This document shows, piece by piece, positions 16,166 to 24,682 of a stretch of 64,000 bases of DNA. The position numbers were made by a program, and so were the translations under genes. Origin of the DNA: Verrucomicrobiales bacterium (GTDB lineage: Bacteria > Verrucomicrobiota > Verrucomicrobiia > Verrucomicrobiales > DEV007); NCBI GenBank assembly GCA_029940475.1, contig JAPYUT010000009.1, forward strand, positions 16,605-80,604, in the 5' to 3' direction. Below the pieces are notes generated by a model, which saw only the letters and a program-made list of their open reading frames with translations, did not search any database and was not told the origin of the DNA. The first letter of the stretch is position 1. Every line of letters begins with the position of its first letter.

Positions 16166-18835
16166 ATGAAAAACTTCCCGTGTGTTTTCGTCGCATTGGG
16201 TTTGCTGCTTGGGTTGCTTACTCAAGTTGCAACCCGGGCGGATGATGACTGGTGGTCGCGGCAGGCAATGGTCAAGCCTGAGGTTCCCCCGGCAAACGAG
16301 TGGTGTCGCAACGAGGTTGACCGTTTTATTCTGGACAAACTTCGCGAGAAAGCAATGAAGCCCTCTGCGCAAGCTGATTCCTTGGCCCTGGTTCGACGGG
16401 TCACCCATGACCTGACCGGCCTGCCACCCACGCCACGGGAAGTGGAGGAATTCCTGCAATCCTCCGGGCAAAACGCAGACAAGGCCTACGCGGAACTGGT
16501 GAGTCGCCTCCTCGAATCGCCCCGCTACGGTGAACGATTTGCCCGGCACTGGCTTGATGTGGCCAAGTATGCCGATACCTGCGGCTACGACAAGGATAAG
16601 CTGCGTCCCAACGCATGGCCTTACCGGGATTATGTCATTCGTTCCTTGAACGAGGACAAGCCTTACGCTCGCTTCGTGCAGGAGCAGGTCGCGGGAGATG
16701 CCCTCTTTCCCGGCAAACCCGATGGCATCCTCGGGCTTGGGTTTCTCGCCGCCGGGCCCTGGGACTTCATCGGCCATTCGGAGGTACCGGAAAGCAAGAT
16801 TGACGGCATGGTCGCACGCAATCTCGATCGCGATGACATGGTTTCCAACGTTCTCAATACCTTTTGCGCCGTCACCATCCAGTGCGCCCGCTGCCATGAG
16901 CACAAAGGCGACCCGTTCACGCAGGACCACTACTACAGCCTGCAATCGGTGTTCGCCGCAATTGACAAGGCCGACCGCAAGTACGGAAGCGATCCTGCCA
17001 CTGAAAAACGCAGGCTGGACCTGCAGGCCTCACTCACTGATCTGCGTAAAAACAAGGAGGGCATCGAGGCAATCATCCAGAAGGAAGGTGGTCCAGAACT
17101 GGCCAGGTTCGAATCGCAGATAAAGGTGTTGCAGGTAAAGACAAAGCCAGCCGGCAAACGTCCGGAGTTCGGTTACCACAGCAACGTCGAGAAATCTCCC
17201 GATCGTGCCAAGTGGGTACAGCTCGACCTTGGTGAACGCGTGGACATTGAAAAAATCGTGCTGCATGCCTGCCATGACGCTTTCAACAATATTGGCGCAG
17301 GGTTCGGGTTTCCCGTTCGCTTCAAGGTCATCGCATCCAACCACCGGGATTTCTCCCGCTCGCAAGTGTTGGCGGACGAGTCGGGCAAGGATTTCCCCAA
17401 CCCGGGTTTGATTCCTGTCGAGTATGCCGTTGATTCCTCCGCGCGATACCTTCGCGTCAATGCCACAAAATTGGCCAAGCGGGCCGCTAATGACTTCAAC
17501 TTTGCCCTGGCTGAGGTTCAGGTGCTGGATGACGCCGGCAAGAACCGTGCCTTTAAGGCAAAGGTTTCCTCGCTTGATTCCATTGAAGCCGCGCTTCGCT
17601 GGCGACGTTCCAACCTGACCGACGGCATCTGGGCCAGAGGAGCGGATCAGGATTCCGTTGAGAAAATCACCAGGTTAAAAAAGGGAAAAGACGCTCTTCT
17701 CGCCAAGCTTAACACCCCGCAACGAAAGGCTCGCCTAGAGGATCTGGGAAAGGCCATCAAGGAGAAGGCTGACAAAATTGCCAAGCTTCCCAAGGGCAAC
17801 ATGGTCTATGCGGCGGCCACTCATTTCAAGGCAGGGGGGAACTTCAAGCCCACCAACGGTAAGCCCCGTGCCATCCGTCTTTTGCACCGTGGAGAGGTCA
17901 CTCAACCACGGCAGGAGGTAAGGCCCGGAACACTGCCTATCTTCAAGGATGAGGCATGGCAATTTGACCTTGCCGAGAACCACAAGGAGTCCGCCCGCCG
18001 GGTTGCTCTCGCAAGGTGGCTCACCCGTGAGGATCACCCGCTCACCTGGCGCGTCATCGCCAATCGCGTCTGGCAGTGGCACTTCGGCGAGGGCATCGTT
18101 GCGTCTCCCAACGATTTCGGCGGTCTGGGGCAGGTTCCCAGCAATCCCGAACTCCTGGACTGGCTGGGCTTGTATTTTCGTGACAACGGCGGTTCCTTCA
18201 AGAAACTCCACAGGCTGCTCGTCATGAGCGCCACCTACCGACAGGCCTCGACCAATCACGTCGACTATGCAAAGGCTGACTCCGGCAATCGTTTCCTCTG
18301 GCGCATGAACCGCAGGAAACTTTCCGCCGAGGAAATTCGCGATGCAATACTCTCAGTCAGCGGCAAGCTTGACCTGCAGATGGGTGGTCCGGGTTATTAC
18401 CTCTTTGCCCTGGAAAAGACCGCCCACTCTCCGCACTACGAATACCACAAGTTCGATCCCGAGGATCCAAAAAGCCACCGCCGATCCATCTATCGGTTCA
18501 TCGTGCGCTCCCAGCCTAATCCCTTCATGACCACGCTTGACTGCGCTGACTCCTCCCAAAGTACACCCAAGCGTAACGAGACCCTCACCGCGCTGCAGGC
18601 ACTCTCACTGTTGAACAACAAGTTCAGCCTGGCCATGGCCCGCCACTTTGCCGCACGACTCGAAGAAGAGGCCAAGGAACAGGCCGGACAGGTGAGACGT
18701 GGCTACCAATTGGTCACCGGGCGTGTTCCTTCCGGGAAGGTGCAGGATCTGCTGGAGGGTTACGCCGGCAAGCACGGCACCATCAATCTCTGTCGCGTCC
18801 TTTTCAACTTGTCCGAATTCACCTACCTGGACTGA
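16166..18835 (+). CDS. DUF1549 (PSCyt2) / F5-8 type C discoidin / DUF1553 (PSD1) domain protein
   Basis: 889 aa with a signal peptide. The N-terminal region has RFILDKLREKAMKP...DLTGLPPTPREVEEF...ESPRYGERFARHWLDVAKYADT. The central discoidin-like segment has VQLDLGERVDIEKIVLHAC...RYLRVNATKL...FALAEVQVL. The C-terminal PSD1-like region has LARWLT...NPLTWRVIANRVWQWHFG...FDCADSSQSTPKRN. Confidence 0.85.
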   Translation: MKNFPCVFVALGLLLGLLTQVATRADDDWWSRQAMVKPEVPPANEWCRNEVDRFILDKLREKAMKPSAQADSLALVRRVTHDLTGLPPTPREVEEFLQSSGQNADKAYAELVSRLLESPRYGERFARHWLDVAKYADTCGYDKDKLRPNAWPYRDYVIRSLNEDKPYARFVQEQVAGDALFPGKPDGILGLGFLAAGPWDFIGHSEVPESKIDGMVARNLDRDDMVSNVLNTFCAVTIQCARCHEHKGDPFTQDHYYSLQSVFAAIDKADRKYGSDPATEKRRLDLQASLTDLRKNKEGIEAIIQKEGGPELARFESQIKVLQVKTKPAGKRPEFGYHSNVEKSPDRAKWVQLDLGERVDIEKIVLHACHDAFNNIGAGFGFPVRFKVIASNHRDFSRSQVLADESGKDFPNPGLIPVEYAVDSSARYLRVNATKLAKRAANDFNFALAEVQVLDDAGKNRAFKAKVSSLDSIEAALRWRRSNLTDGIWARGADQDSVEKITRLKKGKDALLAKLNTPQRKARLEDLGKAIKEKADKIAKLPKGNMVYAAATHFKAGGNFKPTNGKPRAIRLLHRGEVTQPRQEVRPGTLPIFKDEAWQFDLAENHKESARRVALARWLTREDHPLTWRVIANRVWQWHFGEGIVASPNDFGGLGQVPSNPELLDWLGLYFRDNGGSFKKLHRLLVMSATYRQASTNHVDYAKADSGNRFLWRMNRRKLSAEEIRDAILSVSGKLDLQMGGPGYYLFALEKTAHSPHYEYHKFDPEDPKSHRRSIYRFIVRSQPNPFMTTLDCADSSQSTPKRNETLTALQALSLLNNKFSLAMARHFAARLEEEAKEQAGQVRRGYQLVTGRVPSGKVQDLLEGYAGKHGTINLCRVLFNLSEFTYLD

Positions 18836-18837
18836 AG

Positions 18838-20289
18838 ATGATGACCAATTCCTCGCGTAGGGACTTTCTCAAGCAATCAAGTTTTGGTAGCATTGCTCTT
18901 GCCTCGATGCTGGCCAGGGATCCCCTCTGTGCCGCCACTCCCGCCATGTCCCAAGGCCTTCATCATCCGCCTCGGGCCAAAAGAGTGATCCAGCTTTTCA
19001 TGGCCGGGGCCGCGAGCCATCTCGACATGTTTGACTTCAAGCCAGAACTGATCAAGCGGCACGGCGAGAAGTCCGACTTTGGCGAGCACGTGGAGGCTTT
19101 CCAGAACGGGCTCGGACCGTGGATGAAGTCCCCCTTCGCCTTCAAGGCTTACGGCAGGTGCGGGAAACTCCTGAGCGACATCGTTGCTCCCCTCGGCGAG
19201 GTGGTCGATGACATCGCCTTCATCCACAACATGGTGGGCAAGACAGGCGTTCACAGCCAAGCCACCTATCTGCAGGCCACCGGCTTCCAGTTACCCGGGT
19301 TTCCCGGGGCAGGTTCATGGGTAAGTTATGGCCTGGGCTCGGAGAACGAGAACCTGCCCGCCTTTGTAGTCCTGCCGGATCACCGGGGTTACGCCTCCAA
19401 TGGTCCCAAGAACTGGGGTTCCGCTTTCCTCCCCACTCATACCCAGGGCACTACCATTTTCCCCCAGCGCGAGAATCCCATCGAGGATCTTCACCCTCAT
19501 GCCGACTACGTCACCGAGGCCAGTCACCGCGAAGGCATAGATTTGGTTAACCAGTTGAACCGTCGACACCGCCAATCCCGTCAGGGAGATGCGCGCCTCG
19601 ATGCCCGCATCCGCAGCTACGAGTTGGCTGCCCGCCTCCAGATCTCCGCCACCCGGGCACTTGATATTTCGAAGGAGCCGAACCATATCCTCAAGATGTA
19701 CGGACTCGACAGCTCCAAGACAAAATATCCAAAGAACATCAACCCCGAGGAGGAGACCGAATATTTCGGTCGCAAGTGCCTCATTGCCCGCCGGCTAATT
19801 GAGCGGGGTGTGCGCTTCGTCCAGATCTGGAGTGGCAACGACAATAGTTTCCCCCGCAGGAACTGGGACAGCCACGAGGACATGACCCGCGATCACCCAT
19901 CCCTTTCGCTTGGCATGTCACGGGCTACTGCGGGGCTGATCCAGGATCTGAAGCAACGCGGCCTGCTTGAGGACACCATCATTCACTGGACCACCGAGTT
20001 CGGTCGCATGCCCAGCAGTCAGGCAGGGAAGGGGAGGGATCACAACCCGTATGTATTCACCAACTGGTTCGCGGGCGGCGGCATTAAGGGCGGAGTCACC
20101 CATGGCCAGAGTGACCAGTGGGGATACAAACCTCTTGATCGTCAAAATCCCACCCAAGTCTACGACGTGTATGCCACCATGCTCCACCTCCTCGGCATCG
20201 ATCACGAGCGCCTGACGGTGCGACACAACAGCATCGACCGCCGCCTCACCGACGTCCACGGGCACGTGATCCCGGAGATCCTGGCGTAG
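18838..20289 (+). CDS. DUF1501 (sulfatase-like fold) protein with twin-arginine signal
   Basis: 483 aa. Tat-type SRRDFLKQSSFGS, and DUF1501 hallmarks (GAASHLDMFDFKPE, GRDHN, C-terminal DVHGHVIPEIL). It starts 3 nt after the DUF1553 gene, the usual paired arrangement. Confidence 0.85.
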   Translation: MMTNSSRRDFLKQSSFGSIALASMLARDPLCAATPAMSQGLHHPPRAKRVIQLFMAGAASHLDMFDFKPELIKRHGEKSDFGEHVEAFQNGLGPWMKSPFAFKAYGRCGKLLSDIVAPLGEVVDDIAFIHNMVGKTGVHSQATYLQATGFQLPGFPGAGSWVSYGLGSENENLPAFVVLPDHRGYASNGPKNWGSAFLPTHTQGTTIFPQRENPIEDLHPHADYVTEASHREGIDLVNQLNRRHRQSRQGDARLDARIRSYELAARLQISATRALDISKEPNHILKMYGLDSSKTKYPKNINPEEETEYFGRKCLIARRLIERGVRFVQIWSGNDNSFPRRNWDSHEDMTRDHPSLSLGMSRATAGLIQDLKQRGLLEDTIIHWTTEFGRMPSSQAGKGRDHNPYVFTNWFAGGGIKGGVTHGQSDQWGYKPLDRQNPTQVYDVYATMLHLLGIDHERLTVRHNSIDRRLTDVHGHVIPEILA

Positions 20290-20302
20290 AGGAGTTGTTT
20301 TT

Positions 20303-20686
20303 TTATTTCGTTGCTGCCAGGATCTTGCCGATGACCTCGTCCACTTTTTCCTTGCCGTAGGTATGGCCGTCGACCTTGGTCAGCAATTTACCGGCTTTAT
20401 CCTTCGCGATAATTCCGTGTGTAGCCAGCTTGGCTTTCTTGATTTCCTCGGCACTGTTGCCCTCACCAACTTTCACGGTATAAATGTCAATTTTTGAGCC
20501 GTGCTTCTTTTTCTGGTCATTCACGATGACTGTTATTTTTGAGCAAAGCACTCACCCATCGAAGTAGTAGTAAGTAAGTGAGGGTTTCTTGGAGTCGCCT
20601 GCGGTCGTTTTTTCCTCTGCCGCGTGGGAGAGTGCTAACAGCAGTAGCGCAAGCAGGCTGGCAGCCAGTGTCTTCGGTAATCTCAT
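20303..20686 (-). CDS. candidate exported thioredoxin-fold selenoprotein (in-frame TGA at 20554..20552 read as Sec)
   Basis: The ATG at 20686 opens MRLPKTLAASLLALLLLALSHAAEEKTTAGDSKKPSLTYYYFDG. This is followed by TGA and then, in frame, VLCSKITVIVNDQKK...GKILAATK, which is the 82-aa ORF of the track. The result is a signal peptide, a beta-strand and a U-x-x-C motif. A nested stem-loop follows the TGA. Confidence 0.55.
20501..20551 (-). promoter_or_regulatory. SECIS-like nested stem-loop immediately 3' of the in-frame UGA
   Basis: Minus-strand RNA: UGA-GUGCUU-(15 nt)-GUCAU-CGUGA-AUGAC-(9 nt)-AAGCAC. The outer 6-bp stem is perfect. The apical 5-bp stem has a 5-nt loop containing GU and begins 21 nt after the UGA. 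Confidence 0.35.
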
Positions 20687-20869
20687 GAAACACTTCTAGC
20701 GGGCGATGAAAGTGATTGCAACCCGGTAGCATGGACATCGCTTAGCAATTCAACTACAGCTGCCGTCGGGATCATTTTAAAATTCCCGGCAGGAGGTTCA
20801 GGGTCAATTGTGCGTGCAGGGAATAAGACTGTCCTTGTAACCGTGCGTCCGGAACTGCAGAATGCTGGC

Positions 20870-22291
20870 ATGATAAACAAAATCTGTGCTTATTTCCTTT
20901 TATTTGCTGCCTTGGGAAGTTCCGCCCCGGCTGAACTCCGCCTGCCCGCGGTTATCGGTTCAAATATGGTCATGCAGCGTGATGAACCGATTCCAATCTG
21001 GGGCTGGGCCAAGGCCGGTGATGAGGTGACGGTCAACCTTGGCAGTCAGGACAGGAAAACGAAAACCGGAGAGGACGGCAAGTGGGGGGTCAAGCTTGAT
21101 GCGTTGCCGGCCGGTGGTCCGCATGAAATTAAAATCACCGGCAGCGGCAGGGAGATTGTCCTAAGCAATGTCCTGGTGGGTGAGGTGTGGTTATGTTCAG
21201 GGCAGTCAAACATGGAGTGGTCGGTGCGTGCCTCGAACAATGCCGGCGAAGAAATGGCAAATGCCAAGTATCCCAGGATTCGTCTCTTCCATGTCCCCAA
21301 GCGCCCGGCAACAACGCCACAGGATGATGTCAGTGCAGCGTGGAAAGAATGCACGCCTCAGAGTGTTGTGAACTTTTCAGCTGTAGGCTATTTTTTCGGG
21401 CGTTATTTGCACGGTGAACTCAACGTGCCAATCGGGTTGATTGGGTCCGCGTGGGGCGGCACGCGTATCGAGCCGTGGACTCCCATTGCCGGGTTTGAAG
21501 CGGTTGAGGCGGTACGAAGCATCGGTGAGCAGATCAAGGGCCAGATTGCGCAGGGGCGGCAGCTTAATCACGGCAGCCCAACGGGGCTCTATAACGGGAT
21601 GATCGCCCCGCTTGTGCCTTTCCCGATGCGTGGTGCGATCTGGTATCAGGGGGAATCCAACAACGGTGAGGGCATGCTTTATCACGAGAAGATGAAGGCA
21701 CTCATTGCCGGTTGGCGAAAGGTCTTTGATAATCCGGAACTGGCATTTCATTTTGTCCAGCTGGCACCCTTCAGATACGGCAATGGCGAGAAAACCCTGC
21801 CTTATATCTGGGAGGCGCAGACGGCGACACTTGCCGTCCCGGGCACCGGAATGGCGGTGATCACCGATATCGGCAACGTTGGGGATATTCATCCGCGCAA
21901 TAAGCAGGATGTCGGCAAGAGGCTTGCCTTGTGGGCGATGGCCAAGAATTACGCTAAATCTGATTTGGTCTATTCCGGGCCGCTTTATAAAGCAATGCAA
22001 ATTGAGGATAATAAGGTTCGAATTCAATTTGCGCACGTCGGCGGCGGCTTGATTTCCAGGGATGGCAAACCCTTGAGTGATTTTTCCATTGCGGGGCCTG
22101 ATGGGAAATTTGTACCTGCTGAGGCTCAAATTGACGGCGCGACTGTGGTGGTCAGTGGACAGGGTGTTTCTGAGCCGAAAAATGTTCGTTTCGGCTGGCA
22201 TCACATGGTAAACCCGAACCTGTCCAACAAGGAGGGTTTGCCGGCGGGACCGTTCAAGACGGATGACTGGAAAGGGGTGAGTGGTGAGTGA
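20870..22291 (+). CDS. sialate O-acetylesterase family (SASA/DUF303) carbohydrate esterase
   Basis: Start placed at MINKICAYFLLFAALGSSAPA (signal peptide). Motifs: LRLPAVIGSNMVMQRDEPIPIWGWA, EVWLCSGQSNMEW, GSAWGGTRIEPW and IWYQGESN. Confidence 0.8.
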   Translation: MINKICAYFLLFAALGSSAPAELRLPAVIGSNMVMQRDEPIPIWGWAKAGDEVTVNLGSQDRKTKTGEDGKWGVKLDALPAGGPHEIKITGSGREIVLSNVLVGEVWLCSGQSNMEWSVRASNNAGEEMANAKYPRIRLFHVPKRPATTPQDDVSAAWKECTPQSVVNFSAVGYFFGRYLHGELNVPIGLIGSAWGGTRIEPWTPIAGFEAVEAVRSIGEQIKGQIAQGRQLNHGSPTGLYNGMIAPLVPFPMRGAIWYQGESNNGEGMLYHEKMKALIAGWRKVFDNPELAFHFVQLAPFRYGNGEKTLPYIWEAQTATLAVPGTGMAVITDIGNVGDIHPRNKQDVGKRLALWAMAKNYAKSDLVYSGPLYKAMQIEDNKVRIQFAHVGGGLISRDGKPLSDFSIAGPDGKFVPAEAQIDGATVVVSGQGVSEPKNVRFGWHHMVNPNLSNKEGLPAGPFKTDDWKGVSGE

Positions 22292-22443
22292 ATCGCAGGT
22301 AATCTGCCCGCAATGGCAAGTGATTGAATTTGCTTTCGGCGGGAATGTCATGCCAGCGTTGCCGCAGACAGGCAAATTTCCTTGCAAAATGAGGAGGTAA
22401 TTGTTACCAATGGAGTGTTGAACCAACGGTCTGCCATGTTTCC

Positions 22444-22935
22444 ATGTACCGAGTGCTGAGCTTCTCTGTTCTCCTCGTCACCTGGCTTGTTCTTTCCGGA
22501 CTGATTGACTGGTTCCATGTGTCATTGGGGATTATTTCCTGCGCACTGGTCACGTGGTGGTCTTCCGACATGCTGTTTTCTGATCGTTCAATTGCGCCGC
22601 GTGCCCGCCTGTCGCAGTTCTGTCGTATGCCGGGTTACCTGCTCTGGCTTCTCGGGCAGATTGTCCTGGCCAACCTGCACGTCCTCCGCCTCGCGTTTTC
22701 ACCGAGATTGCGGGAGGAGATTGAGCCGCAACTGGTGCGCTTTAGCAGTGGGCTTAGTACGGATTTCCAGAAGTTCGTCCTTGCACAGTCTATTACCCTT
22801 ACCCCGGGAACCGTAACCCTGAAGATCGAGGGCGATGAGTTCGTGGTCCACGCGATCAGTGATTCTGCAGCCCGGGGATTAACGGGCCCGATGACCGAAC
22901 GCGTCAGGCATGTTTTTTGTGACGGCGAGCAATGA
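22444..22935 (+). CDS. mrpE: Mrp/Mnh-type cation:proton antiporter subunit E
   Basis: 163 aa. Two N-terminal TMs and the MnhE signature SITLTPGTVTL...VVHAI. The stop overlaps the next start (ATGA). Confidence 0.8.
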   Translation: MYRVLSFSVLLVTWLVLSGLIDWFHVSLGIISCALVTWWSSDMLFSDRSIAPRARLSQFCRMPGYLLWLLGQIVLANLHVLRLAFSPRLREEIEPQLVRFSSGLSTDFQKFVLAQSITLTPGTVTLKIEGDEFVVHAISDSAARGLTGPMTERVRHVFCDGEQ

Positions 22936-23246
22936 ATGCCATGATGGAAACATTCTTTATCTATGCCGGCATTACCTTGCTTTTGATGATGGCTCCGGTG
23001 TTCTACCGTATTATGGTCGGCCCCACGGCAATTGATCGTATTGTTGCGGTGAATGTCATTGGTACCAAAACCGCAGTGTTACTGATCATTATCGGGACGC
23101 TGTTTGAGAATGTCGCGATGTTCGTGGACTTCGCGCTTGCCTATGCCCTGCTGAACTTCATCGGTTCGCTTGCGGCGGCACGTTACTTTAACAAGACCAG
23201 GCCGGCCTATGGTGCCGGTGCATCGGGGGAAGGGGAAATTAACTGA
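22932..23246 (+). CDS. mrpF: Mrp/Mnh-type antiporter subunit F
   Basis: 104 aa, 3 TMs, and the GPTAIDRIVAVNVIGTK motif typical of MrpF/PhaF. Confidence 0.8.
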   Translation: MNAMMETFFIYAGITLLLMMAPVFYRIMVGPTAIDRIVAVNVIGTKTAVLLIIIGTLFENVAMFVDFALAYALLNFIGSLAAARYFNKTRPAYGAGASGEGEIN

Positions 23247-23247
23247 G

Positions 23248-23658
23248 ATGGTGATTGATATTTTAAGTATTCTGCTGATTCTTGCCGGGTTGCTGTTTTT
23301 CCTTGGAGCGGTTGTGGGTATTGTCCGCTTCCCCGACTTTTATACCCGTATGCACGCAGCGGGGAAGGGTGACACGCTCTCGACCATGCTCATAACCGGG
23401 GCAATGGCGTTGCAGGTTTTTCATCATTTTGACTGGGCACATTGGACGGAGATCTTTGTGGTGGTGAAGATCATGGCTATTGGTATCCTCATCATGCTGA
23501 CCAGCCCGACCAGCACCCATGCCTTGATGCAGGCGGGATATGATGACGGCATTGAACCGGTTACCCGTCCCGCCAAGAAGGGCATTGCCAGCCTTGATGG
23601 GGGTGATGAGTTATTGCCGGTTCCAGGGGCAGAAATGCCGGAGGAGGCTGAAGAGTAA
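23248..23658 (+). CDS. mrpG: Mrp/Mnh-type antiporter subunit G
   Basis: Start placed at the ATG at 23248 (MVIDILSILLILAGLLFF). It carries the MnhG signature GIVRFPDFYTRMHAAGKGDTLS. The track's longer ORF (23170) overlaps mrpF out of frame. Confidence 0.8.
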   Translation: MVIDILSILLILAGLLFFLGAVVGIVRFPDFYTRMHAAGKGDTLSTMLITGAMALQVFHHFDWAHWTEIFVVVKIMAIGILIMLTSPTSTHALMQAGYDDGIEPVTRPAKKGIASLDGGDELLPVPGAEMPEEAEE

Positions 23659-23672
23659 GGAGCTGATATTCC

Positions 23673-23918
23673 ATGATTTGGCAATTTGATATCATCATCC
23701 TGATCCTCATGGTCGTTGCCGCGATCATTTCCCTGCGCGTGAAGGATTTGCTTGGTGCCACGATGGTGTTTGGCATCTACTCCTTTCTCATTTGCCTGCT
23801 TTGGGCGGAGATGGGTGCGGTTGATGTCGCCTTCACCGAGGCGGCGGTCGGGGCGGGTGTCTCGACAGTAATCATGACTGCCACCGTTTTTTCAACCACA
23901 AGGAGGTCTAGGGACTAG
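23673..23918 (+). CDS. small DUF4040/MbhD-like membrane subunit (equivalent to the C-terminal part of MrpA)
   Basis: 81 aa, 3 TMs, LRVKDLLGATMVFGIYSFLICLLWAEMGAVDVAFTEAAVGAG. Its position between G and B matches Mbh-type and cyanobacterial-type Mrp clusters. Confidence 0.65.
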   Translation: MIWQFDIIILILMVVAAIISLRVKDLLGATMVFGIYSFLICLLWAEMGAVDVAFTEAAVGAGVSTVIMTATVFSTTRRSRD

Positions 23919-23926
23919 AATCGGGC

Positions 23927-24679
23927 ATGAAATTTTTCGGCTTTATTGCGGTTGTCGTGGTCGGCACCCTGTTATTGGTGGCAACCGGTGATTTCCCGGG
24001 CTGGGGTAATCCTCACTCGCCTGCCAGTGAGGGCCAGGTTTCCGGATTCTATATCGAGCAGACGGTGAATGTGACAAAAGTTCCCAACATGGTTACCGCG
24101 GTGCTCGCTGATTTCAGGGGCTATGACACGATGTTTGAAACGGTCGTGATCTTTATTGCCGGGATAGGTATCATTGCCGTATTGCGCACGTTTGGTGATA
24201 CTGCCGGAAAGGCATCCGATTACCCGGAACCCGACGAGGGCAGCGACATTATTGTCCGCAGCACCTGCCATCTTATGGTGCCGTTGATTCAACTTTTTGC
24301 CCTTTATGTGGTGGCTCACGGCCATCACAGTCCCGGGGGAGGTTTCCAGGGGGGAGTGATGCTGGGGGCGAGCTACATTCTTTTGGCTCTGGCCTGCGGA
24401 CTGCCGGTCGCCAAGAGGCGCATGGGCGAACGCAAGGCTATTGTACTTGCGGCGACAGGTATCATCATCTATGCCGGCTGGGGAGTTGCCTGCCTGTTCT
24501 TCGGAGGCAATTTCCTTGATTACGCCAGCCTCGACCCCGTTCTTCCCGGGGATAAAGAGATGGCGCGCTCACACAGCATGCTGGTCGTTGAGATTGGGGT
24601 CGCTTTTACTGTCACGGCGATCATGTTCGCCATTTATTCGAACCTGGCCACCCGGGGGCGCCTTGAAAAAGGCCTGTAA
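23927..24679 (+). CDS. mrpB: Mrp/Mnh-type antiporter subunit B-like protein
   Basis: 250 aa. MnhB signature NMVTAVLADFRGYDTMFETVVIFIAGIGI, and multiple TMs. Confidence 0.75.
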   Translation: MKFFGFIAVVVVGTLLLVATGDFPGWGNPHSPASEGQVSGFYIEQTVNVTKVPNMVTAVLADFRGYDTMFETVVIFIAGIGIIAVLRTFGDTAGKASDYPEPDEGSDIIVRSTCHLMVPLIQLFALYVVAHGHHSPGGGFQGGVMLGASYILLALACGLPVAKRRMGERKAIVLAATGIIIYAGWGVACLFFGGNFLDYASLDPVLPGDKEMARSHSMLVVEIGVAFTVTAIMFAIYSNLATRGRLEKGL

Positions 24680-24682
24680 GGC

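Noticed and set aside
20517-20738. 73-aa alternative-frame ORF overlapping the signal-peptide part of the selenoprotein candidate.
   Set aside because: It is in a different frame from both halves of the U-x-x-C protein, and its sequence is Cys/Arg-rich with no features. The in-frame signal peptide + TGA + thioredoxin-fold reading explains the region better.
21377-22426. 349-aa ORF antisense to the sialate O-acetylesterase gene. Similar long antisense ORFs occur at 61619..62605 (328 aa, opposite leuC), 16154..16945, 8855..9607, 27009..27671, 35530..36180, 38191..38805, 53090..53680 and 13968..14495.
   Set aside because: Each lies fully inside a gene with clear family motifs on the other strand. 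Their translations are Arg/Pro/Gly-rich with no recognisable motifs. They are typical shadow ORFs of GC-rich coding DNA.
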